Below are positions 53,266-64,000 of a stretch of 64,000 nt of DNA, in pieces (the first letter of the stretch is position 1; the number at the start of each line of letters is the position of its first letter). Source of the stretch: Octopus vulgaris. Its lineage: Eukaryota. Where the stretch lies: contig OX597816.1 in NCBI GenBank assembly GCA_951406725.2, positions 39,618,001 to 39,682,000 on the forward strand. Reading direction: 5' to 3'. The notes beneath the pieces were generated by a model. That model was given only the letters and a program-made list of their open reading frames with translations. It made no database searches and was not told where the DNA came from. The position numbers and the translations under genes are program-made.

Positions 53266-55005
53266 ATAGCTGAATTACTCGGCGTTGCCCAGGTTACTGC
53301 TGTTTTTATCCAGATCAGTGAACAACAAATACGAAGATATATATATTTTTCTCATAACTATTTCAAGATATCTATATTTTATTAAAAAATACTCAAATTG
53401 TAATGATTATAGAATTTAGAACGGAAAATCTGTCAATCTTGAAGCACCTCAGGATAAACAATATTCATTGTGTAATTTTTTGTTGGTGTCCAAATGAATA
53501 AATTGTTGCTGTTTCCAACTTGTGAGCAACCAACATAGAGTTGGCCATGAGAGGAGCATGTAATAGAGGGATGAAGCCCTACTAACTGGAGGGATTGACT
53601 CTGAGATTTGTTAAATGAAATACCAAAACTTTGTTTTATTGGAAACTGAAGCCTCTGAAATTCAAATGAAATATCTGTTGGCATGAAAGGAAATTTCGGA
53701 ATAAAGACATTTTCTTCTTTATGACTTCCTGTTGTGATTGTTGCCTGTAGGACATGGGACTTTATGGAAGTAACAATTAAGCCAGTTCCATTACACAGGC
53801 GAGGTGGGTTAAGATTCTTAAGCAACAAATTGAGAGCATCCAGTTTTAGTGTCAAGTTATGCGGTGGTATCCCAGTGGGTTTAAGTGTGTTCAGAAATTC
53901 AACAGGGTATTGAACAGCCTGAACTTGATCGACTGTTGTATGAATTGATGGAAAAGTCATTTCTGATGTATCTGTTAATTTTTGAAGTTCATGATTGAGT
54001 TTATCAACCATTTCTTTAGTTGGAGCCTTTATAGCTTTTTCACATAACATGTTTACGTTAGTGTAATTGACAATCACACATACACTCACACGAACATACA
54101 CTTCACATACAATGAAGCACACGTACACTCTCACATACACTGACATACGTATACGAATACAGGCACACACAGACAAACATTTACGTAACGAACGCGCAAA
54201 CACACACACACTCACATACACATACACACTCATATAAAATGTGTGGTGGTGGTCGTAGTGGTATAAAATGTCCTTTACTGTGTGGTACGTAACGGACGCG
54301 CAAGCATACTCACACTCACAAACACATACACACTCATATACAAACTACGTCGTCGTCATTGTAGTATAAAATGTCCTTTACTCTGTCGTATGTAACGAAC
54401 GCACAAACACACTGACAGGCGCATACACACTCATATATAAAATGTATCGTTGTCGTGGCGGTATAAAATGTTCTTTACTATTTTGTACGCAAGGAAGGCG
54501 CAAACACACACACACTGACAGACATATACATATTCATATACAAAATGTGTCGTCGTCGTCGTGGTATAAAATCTTTACCATGTTGTAGGTAATAAACGCG
54601 GAAACACACACACTGACATACACATTCATATACAAAATATATCGTCGTCATCGTGGTATAAAATCTCCTTTACTATGTCGTACGTAACGAACGCACAAAC
54701 ACACATGCACATGCACTGACAGACACATAAACACTCATATACAAAATGTGTCGTTATCGTGGTATAAAATCTCCTTTACTATGTCGTGCGTAACGAACAC
54801 GCAAGCTCACACACACTGACAGACATATACACACTCAAATACAAAATGTGACGTAGTGGTGGTATAAAATGTCCTTTACTATAGTTGACTATAAAAAGAT
54901 TATCTTCGAGAAAATGTTATATTGTTTTAATCCAAATGAAAATAAAAATTACATGTTGTCATTCGCGGTGGAGCCGTTTGAGAACGCATAGGGAACAGAC
55001 AGACC

Positions 55006-55091
<86 letters not shown>

Positions 55092-55118
55092 AAGAATTAT
55101 ATATATATAGAGAGAGAT
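53266..55118 (-). mobile_element. Internally deleted Helitron retaining the C-terminal PIF1-like helicase coding region and a minisatellite of about 100 bp
   Basis: ORF 53433..54233 contains YPVEFLNTL.P.GIPPH.L.LK, LCNGT, RLQFPIK..F...NKSQ.QSL, HGQLYVGCS and NIVYPEVL. 3' hairpin CCTGGGCAACGCCGAG. 5' end TC..TATATATATAATTC is approximate. Confidence 0.85.
54180..54885. repeat. Minisatellite of about 100 bp, about 7 diverged copies, inside the Helitron
   Basis: GTATAAAAT(G/C)TCCTTTACT recurs at about 54261, 54364, 54461, 54564, 54656, 54762 and 54862. Confidence 0.85.
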
Positions 55119-55246
55119 AAAATCGACTGAAAGCTGTTCAGCAAGCAAGATGTTTGGTGAGGATGGCTAGCTTTTCTAGCAACCTAAATATGACGACATG
55201 GAAAATAGTCCTATTAAATGTCCCTTTATAAATATATTTTATCAAG

Positions 55247-55332
55247 GTTTCACTCCAAGGAAAAAAGGAATACTTGATTCGACTTCGTAACCCATGGGGT
55301 AAGACCGAATGGAAAGGCAAATGGAGCGACAG
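55247..55332 (+). CDS. Calpain exon 7 with catalytic Asn: [28 protein letters not shown](S)
   Basis: Acceptor ttttatcaAG and donor GTATGT at 55333. 86 nt, phase 0 to 2. [15 protein letters not shown] motif. Confidence 0.96.
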
Positions 55333-57361
55333 GTATGTAAATATTTATAAGCGTATAACACTTTCTGCCTATTCACGCGTGTCTGCACGCAGGTTCTATA
55401 ACAATAATGCTTCGTTTGTGGACAAGTGTTGTGTCAACTAAAAGTCAATGCATATGATATACATAATATATAGTTTAAAACAGTCAGATTGCGGGCGACA
55501 GAAAACCAGTTAAATATGAGACAGTCAGCTTATTTCGCTTCATCAACCAAAAGCATCAATCTTTCAGTGTTGTGACGGTTGAAATACTGTATTTTTCGGG
55601 ATGCACGTCGAATGTTTTAGACTAAGATTTAAACCAAAAAGGTGGGTAGAGTTATACACTAAGACAACTATAGAGAACTTAAAATTCCATGTGAAATCAC
55701 TGAAATTTTACAAATAACATTTAAATACAAAGAAACAAAGAAACGGAAAAAGGGAAAAACGGTAAAAAAAGGTGGGTGGGGGTGTTAAGCCTCAGAAGGT
55801 GGAGGGGAGTGGCCAATGAGTTACGCACCCCAGAACACAGGGTGTGCTCAGCCGTGTCTCGAAGTAATCACTGCGATAGTATTATCGTGGGGAATGGTTA
55901 ACGACACTCGCTGCAGCAGCCACTCCTACTCGCAGGGCTCATTTCTCAGACAGGCCGCCGTTATCCTGATTTTGCGGAGGAAATCGGTACTGCGGGGTCC
56001 TAGTACACCTGAGGTCTCGACAGCGAGCGGCACAAACTGATAGCGGTCAGTCAGGCCTCTGTATTTATTTATTTATTTATTTATTTATTATTATTTTTTT
56101 TCTCTCTTCTGTGTTACGGGTAGCGATACCCGGATTTGCAGCTGATGCAGCAAATTTGGAGCCTGAGAACGTGTCACTGCTCTTCGCATTCCAGGATTTG
56201 GAAAGACAGTGATAATGTTTTAATTACTCCAACTTGTATGCCGGAAATTAGGGTATTCGAATGGTTGTCTTTTCTTGCTGGTGTGCTGGAATATCTTGTG
56301 GAGAATTGGGTTTGCTTTTTGCTTTCTTTGCTGGATTGGAATAGGGGCAATACCCATGGCATTCCCAGGCCTTCCTAGACAGGTGATGCAAAAACTTTGG
56401 ATGTTTTTCCCGAACCATTTATAAGTCAACACCTGCAGAAAAGGTATGAGTAGGGAAGAAATTCTAGTGGACCAATGTTCTTGGAAGGAAGAACCGGGTG
56501 AAGTTATGAGTGCAGGCCCTGGGGGTAGTGGACACAACAAAGAAGATGAGCGGAGGGGAGGTGAGTGGGACGAAAATGACTGAGATGATGGGACATGAAC
56601 CCAACCAGCTCCGTGGAGAAGAGGCATTATAGCAGTAGTAGAAAAGGTAGAGAGTTAGGGACACTACGGCCGAATGGTTAAGAAGGTCGCTTTGCAACTA
56701 ATGAGTGCAGGTTTCATTCCACCGTCTAATATTTGGGCATATGTGGTTTTCTATAGGCGCAGGTGTGGCTATCGCTAAGAGACTCGCTTTATAACCATGT
56801 GTATATAATTACTTATTATTTTGAAAGTAAAGTGAAGGCGCGAGAATTGATGGTGAGGATATTCAGCTCATTTTGCTCCAGTTCACTCATTTGGCAAAAG
56901 TGAGTTGTAACAATTCAAAGGGCCATCTTCGTTACATTTTGTGACGCGCTGAATTTCCCTGAGAACTACGTTAATGGTACGCGTGCTTCGTGGAATGCTC
57001 AACCACATACACGTTAAATTCACGAGCAGGCTGGTCCGTTGATAGGATCAACTGGAACACTCGTCGTCGTAACCGACGGAGTGCCGCTTTTTCTTTTAAT
57101 CCGAAAATGACAAATAGCATTTGTTTTATAAAATAAAATTGTTACTCTTTTATTTGTTTCAGTCATTTGACTGTGGTCATGCTGGAGCACCGCCTTTAGT
57201 CGAGCAAATAGACCCCAGCACTTATTCTTTGTAAGCTTAGTACTTATTCTATCGGTCTCTTTTGCCGAACAGCTAAGTTACGGGGTCGTAAACACACCAG
57301 CATCGGTTGTCAAGCGATGTTGGGTGGACAAACACAGATGCACAAACATATACATAGATAC

Positions 57362-57432
<71 letters not shown>

Positions 57433-58207
57433 CCAGCATGGCCACAGCTCGTGAGCTGAAACTAGATGAAATAATATATATATATATCTTTTATTAAATT
57501 TTAATACTTTTGATATTTATATAAAAAAAAAAATAAATAAAATAATATATAAATATAAAAATATACATACATGCATCTTTTCGGGGTCGATAAATTAAGT
57601 ACCAGTTTCGCACTGGAGTCGATGTAATCGACTTAATCCGTTTGTCTGTCCTTGTTTGTCCTCTCTCTGTTTAGCCCCTTGTGGGTAGTAAAGAAATAGG
57701 TATTTCGTCTGCCGTTATGTTCTGAGTTCAAATTCCGCCGAGGTCGACTTTGCCTTCCATCCTTTATGGGTTGATAAATTAAGTACCAGTTACGCACTGG
57801 GGTCGTTGTAATCGACTTAATACCTTTGTTTGTCCCCCTCTATGTTTAGCCCCTTGTGGGCAATAAAGAAATAAGGAATGACATGTCTTGTGGGGTATTT
57901 TGAGCCTGGCGGAGTTTGTCCTTCTCCAGGTCTTGATACAACTAATTTCTTTTAGATGGAAAGCATGAGACATGAGAGAGAAAAAGAGAGCGAAAAAGAG
58001 AGAGAAGAATCGACCTCAGTATTTGGCTGCAACATAATTTATTTATCGAATAAGTAAAGCTGACTTCGATAGGACTTGAACGGGACGCATCTTATCCAGC
58101 TCTATAACGATTCTGCCGAACTTAGTTCGCTCGTAACAAATTGTAAACGGGCGCTGTAACTTTTAGTCGAAGCAGAGTTCCTTCCCTTTTTTTCATCATA
58201 GGTGAAA

Positions 58208-58248
<41 letters not shown>

Positions 58249-59760
58249 TGTGTGTGAGTGTGTGTGAGTGTGTGCGTTTGTTCGTGTGTGCATGCGTCAG
58301 TACTGAATGTTTTTTTTTTATATAATCTTTACTCTAGGCACATGGCCCGAAATTTTTGGGGATGGGGGCCAGTAGATTAGATCGACCCCAGTACGCTACT
58401 GGTACTTAATTTATCGACCCCAAAAGGGTGAACGGCAAAGTCGACCTCGGCAGAATTTGAATTCGGAACGTAAAGACAGACGAAATACCTATTTCTTTAC
58501 TACCCACAAGGGGTTAAACACAGAGAGGACAAACAAGGACAGACAAACGGATTAAGTCGATTATATCAACCCCAGTGCGTAACTGGTACTTATTTTAATC
58601 GACCCCGAAAGGATGGAAGGCAAAGTCGACCTCGGCGGAATTTGAACTCAAATCGCAGCGGCGGACGAAATACCTATTTCTTTACTACTTATAAGGGGCT
58701 AAACACAGAGAGAACAAACGAGGACAGACAAACGGATTAAGTCGATTATATCGACCTCAGTGCGTAACTGGTACTTAATTTATCGACCCCGAAAGGATGA
58801 AAGGCAAAGTCGACCTCGGCGGAATTTGAACTCAGAACGTAACGCAGACGAAATACCGCTAAGCATTCCGCCCGGCGTGCTAACGTTTCTGCCAGCTCGC
58901 CGCCTTAATGTTGTTTTTTATATATAATACAAGATAACTGAATCTCATTGTTTATATTTGCGTTTTAATAAAATTAAATCCGAATAATCATACGAAAATG
59001 TCTCTAAAAGATATTTGTGTTTGTGTGCGTGCGCACGCAGGCGTTTTGTGTTACACACACACACATATATATATATTGCAATTTTCTTTTTTATGCGTAC
59101 CTATGTAGTATGCGTGGGCATACAGAAACTATTTATAGGTGTGCATATGTGTCTATCGATATTCGTACGCATATTTGTGTAGGTAGGTGTCGGTATATGT
59201 GCGTGTATAAGGCGGCGAGCTGGCAGAAACGTTAGCACGCTGGGCGAAATGCGTAGCCGTATTTCGTCTGTCGTTACGTTGTGAGTTCAAATTCCGCCGA
59301 GGTCGACTTTGCCTTTCATCCTTTCGGGGGTCGATAAATTAAGTACCAGTTACGCACTGGGGTCGATGTAATCGACTTAATACCTATGTCTGTCCTTGTT
59401 TGTCCCCTCTGTGTTTAGCCCCTTGTGGGTAATAAATCTTGTGTCAAGATAGATAACTGAGAAGTCGTTAAACAAATCCTTCAACGGATTGTCTTCAGCT
59501 GCTCCCGTCACTGGACATAAAGAATAGAGTTTGGTCAGCATAATAAGGTGACTGTTAAAATTCAAAGGAAGTTAACTGCTACAGGCCTTGCTAACACGGT
59601 ACTTCTTCACCGATACTTGTTAGTTTATCTGGTCTCATATTGCATTAATGGTATCAACGAATCCATAAACCACTAAGATCAAGTGTTCTCCAATGTGATA
59701 TCTTTAACACAGTAGGCAACGTAATTGAATACTAAATGTAGTCTGTATCCAAGCTTTCCA

Positions 59761-59921
<161 letters not shown>

Positions 59922-59954
59922 AATAATAATAATAATAATAATAATGATAATAAC

Positions 59955-60041
<87 letters not shown>

Positions 60042-60045
<4 letters not shown>

Positions 60046-60603
60046 GCCCTGATGCAGTACCAGACAGTGGCTCTCATGGCTTCTGATCTTAACTGATTGA
60101 AAGTGTTATCATGTACATTGTTTTGTATTGGTATAAAAGATGGGCCGCAGCAAATATTCTGCTCAATACCACAGATTTGCTTGTCAGTTGTTTGACCTTA
60201 ACCAGTTGAGCATGTCCCTTAGTGGCTGACGATATGTGCATCTCTGATCACGAGGAGAAGTAGTGGGTGGGGGGCATCATAGCCATCTGTTGAGAGAGAT
60301 TCTTTGGAGTTCGAATAATTCACCTCAGGAAACATGGGTGTTTCGTTCAACATCCTTAAACAACCCTTATTCAGGGACCTTTTGAGCGGGATGGGTTACT
60401 CGATCAGAAGAGAATTCTAACTGGGACCCACCTGCAAGGTCATGTGCTGTTTATCTTGAAAAGAGATCACCATGTCGCGCACACATGGTTGTGATGCATG
60501 TGCCTGGTGTACCCTTATCAGCAGGGTAGTCATGATGGGTATATTGGGTTTCGTATATTTTACCCCAGTGCCACTTTGATGGCATGCACTGCTCTCTCAC
60601 TCA
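60042..60603. mobile_element. Non-coding element of about 560 bp embedded in (TAA)n; candidate non-autonomous microsatellite-targeting retroelement
   Basis: Unique sequence directly flanked by AAT repeats on both sides (59761-60041 and 60604-60620). Confidence 0.45.
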
Positions 60604-60899
60604 ATAATGATAATAATAATATCTTAGCCAAGAGCGACGGTGGTTATAGATACCAAAATGTAGTTATAATCTGGTATAGAAACGCTAAATTTTGAATTAA
60701 ATTCTTACAATTAATTTCTTATTTTATCATCCATTTCAACAAAGAAATTGTTTTCTTTTTGTGAAACCTAACAAACTCTGTTATACTGACCGATTCTTCG
60801 CATTCTAAATAAAATATAGAAAGCTATTCATGAGGGATTGCACGCTGTTTGATGTATGAAATCACACTTTTCTCTTTCGATAGTGGTTAAAATTACATA

Positions 60900-61411
60900 C
60901 CGTAAATCCTCGAGTATAGTCCGCCCTTGAGTATAATACGCAGGGGATTTTTAGGGGGCTGTACCTCTGAAAAACTTAAACCTTATGTATAATACGCACT
61001 CCTTCTCTAACTTGAGTTAAGGAGGTCTATATAACGTCCTTGGTTTGTAAAAATGTACACTGTAATGTCCTTTATTATTATTGTATATATTACATAATGC
61101 AAACGTGTAGCTTTTTTGTGCATTTTATTTGCAGAAAATAAAGAAATAACAGTAATAACGTTTAACGAATGTTGCTTACTGCAGGTTATGGATGATTCTT
61201 TTATGACTTCATTGCTTTCAGGCTTAGCTTAAGGTATTTTCGTGCCCTACATCACGAAATGCGTCTGAATAAACATTGCCGGACAGCAAATAGAAACTCG
61301 GAAATTGCTTAGAAAATAATTTTCATTTCTAACCTCGTATATAGTATACACTAGGGATTTTGACCTTTAAATTTTGAGAAAAAAGTGCGGATTATACTCG
61401 AGGATTTACGG
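60900..61411. mobile_element. pogo/Tigger-type MITE
   Basis: TA|CCGTAAATCCTCGAGTATAGTCCGC ... GCGGATTATACTCGAGGATTTACGG|TA. Confidence 0.85.
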
Positions 61412-62970
61412 TAGTTGGTGACGGCCGGCGGATTGTGCACAAGTTTATTTTACAACTAAGTACAACGTTGGATGTAAACCACTTGGAGACAATTTCTGTG
61501 CTGAAGCCTTCCCTAATTTGAGGGCTATGATGGGATATACCTAGAAATATAATTTCTGAGATAGGATCAGGAATGATTCCTATACGACATCAAGGATACT
61601 TTCCTAAGCGCTTTGCCCCTTATAGAGCATAGGCTATCGACGACTTATCTCCCCTGTTCTCAACTATGCGCTGTCTGTCCCGCTTCTTTTCATTTGGACC
61701 CCCGCTTTTTCAGCTGTTTCACTATCTCGACTCTTTGAAGGAAGGGCTTTTTCTTTCCCAGGTCTTGTTGGTTTTGAATTGTCATCGATGCTTCTGTAAC
61801 TTTGCTTCTTTTCAGGTAGTAGTGTTGGCACTACAGAAACCAAAGCATCAGCTGTGGGAAGGGGTAGTCTATATTAGCCTGGCTTCTGTCCTGTGACCTG
61901 TCCTGCATCGAAGGCCGACCAGTGGCTTGCACTCAGCTGACGTAGCTCTCAGGATCAGTGAAGCTCATAAGCCACCACATCGCAACAAGGACTGGGCCTT
62001 GTGTTAGGATATCAAAAGGAGTTGGTATAGAATTAATGAGACTTTAACCAGTCAGCTTCCTTCATGTATCTAAAGTATGTGGGGTTCAATTTGTTGAGTA
62101 GTAAGTTCAGTGACGTACCGTGGATTTAGGAAGCCCTGTGCGGCGCTCAAATTGCCCGCTCCGTTTCTTTAGACATACTTCCTTATCTTTTTATCTCTTA
62201 GCTTTCCTTTTCTTTTTTTTTTTTTTTGTAACTACATAGTTTCGGGTTAAGTTCTACTGCACGGCACTTTTCTCTACTGTTCCTTTGATCTGTTGTATAT
62301 AGGGAATGTAAATAATTTTTTTATAGTCTTTTTGGAGAACCTGAGCATTTCGAGGTTCTGTATACATGCACACATGTATGTATGTATGTATGTATGTATG
62401 TATGTATGTATGTATGTATGTATGTATGTATGTATGTATGTATGTATGTATGTATGTATGTATGTATGTATGCGCGGGGACATAGAAATAATCGGACTGA
62501 ATACCCGATCGCGCGGTTAAACCATTGGGTGTGAAGGACTCCTAGCCTTTGTTAGGGCATCCTTCTAGGAGAAGGCAACTGGGATAACTCCGACATAAAG
62601 CCTGCGGCTCAGTGGTTACCGATGATGTTGACTTGTTCTTCTTTTCGGATTATGGCTGCTGTTGCTTAGTGAGTGGGTTTGACTCAGTGCACAGCCTTTG
62701 CTCACTTTAAAAAAAATCTTCTTGTACAGGCATTGCACGATAACAACATTGATTAAGCTTCGTGCAATGGCCATACTCGATAACGAGGTGGCAGCCATCA
62801 TGTATGTATGTATTTCATTATTCAGTTTTATTTCAAGATCTCTTGTCACTAGAGAAAAATATGGTTTCTAGCCTATATCCAAGGTTACGTGCGCACGTGT
62901 GATTGTGTTTATTTTATATAAAAATTAGACTGTACAAATATAAAAATTATCAAATCATCATATTCTTCAG

Positions 62971-63048
62971 TTCACAGGAATGGGAAAAGATAGATGCCGA
63001 AGAGAAGAATAAATTAGGTTCATTGGAAAAGAACGAAGGAGAATTTTG
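62971..63048 (+). CDS. Calpain exon 8: SQEWEKIDAEEKNKLGSLEKNEGEF(W); gene continues beyond the window
   Basis: Acceptor tattcttcAG and donor GTAAAA at 63049. 78 nt, phase 2 to 2. S.EW..I....K..L.....GEFW motif. Confidence 0.92.
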
Positions 63049-63664
63049 GTAAAAAACATTTTTTGGTTTATTTAGAATTAAAATGGCATTTTGCAAATAC
63101 AGACAGCTCATAATTAGTCTTGAATCTTTGCAAACATGCACAATAATTATTAGTTTTATTATCAGTGATGTGTTATGATAAATTTCTATGATGTTCTATT
63201 CTACAAGGTCATTTAATGTTGCCTCTAACACGTAGGGAATTGAGCACATTCATTATTTCGATCTCATTAATTTTTAATTATTACTTTCTAATCACTTTTT
63301 AGGAAGGATCCCAAACTAACAACCGTACAAGATTTGAACTGAGAGTATAAAAACATGTAGCTAAACAGGCACAGGCGCAAGTTTATTTCCCAACCACATG
63401 GTCCTGGGTTCAGTCCCACTGCGTGGCACCTTGGGCAAGTGTCTTCCACTGTAGCCTCGGGTCGACTAAAACCTTGTGAATGGATTTGGTAGACGGAAAC
63501 CGAAAGAAGCCTGGCGTATACATGTATATATCAGAGTGTTTACGTCCCCGTAACAATTAGCGGTTCGGTAAAAAGAGACCGATAAAATAAGTACCAGGTT
63601 TAAGAAACAGAAGTGTTGGGTTCTGGTGCCCCGGCATGGCCGCAGTCTAATGAGTGAAACAAGT

Positions 63665-63716
<52 letters not shown>

Positions 63717-63910
63717 AGATAAGAAAATGGAGAAATACATCTAAATCAAATATCAATTACCAGATAATACTCAATCACATACTTTATTAAACCACCACAT
63801 AAGAGACTGTAGGGTTAAATATAAAAAGCAGAACAAATCAGTGTACATAAAGGAATGTACATAAAAAAGTTATCCCATAGAGGGTTGCATTTACAACCCC
63901 TATCTCAATT

Positions 63911-63955
<45 letters not shown>

Positions 63956-64000
63956 CAGCAAAATTAAGGAACGGCCATAATAGGCCATATATATAAGATA

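Noticed and set aside
53433-54233. Host PIF1 helicase gene
   Set aside because: Only the C-terminus is present, it is intronless with degraded motifs, its N-terminal part is repeat-derived, and it lies within Helitron termini.
63713-63912. TA-flanked cassette with hairpin GGGTTG..CAACCC as another ribozyme element
   Set aside because: The GAAA half of the core is missing, so only the context is suggestive.

Overview
AT-rich, microsatellite- and SINE-dense eukaryotic DNA, most likely from an octopus (inferred from recalled octopus-type tRNA-derived SINE families). The one host gene is a + strand calpain. Eight GT-AG coding exons (12506-63048) splice in frame to about 304 aa of the CysPc protease core, with an intact C/H/N triad (QGELGNCW, GLVTSHAY, RLRNPWG). 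The gene continues past the window. Nearly all ORFs in the supplied track are microsatellite or SINE artefacts. The introns and upstream region hold several SINE families (some as fixed-junction multimers or head/tail mosaics), CR1/L2, RTE and R4/Dong-like LINE remnants, Helitrons, mariner, Tc1, pogo and hAT elements, and an orphan 5.8S rRNA copy. The most notable hidden structure is a set of short non-coding cassettes, mostly fold-back or (TA)n-flanked, that carry minimal hammerhead-ribozyme motifs with a palindromic stem III, including U3-A8 core variants. These resemble Penelope-derived or retrozyme-like elements. All alignments and folds were done by eye and no database search was run.
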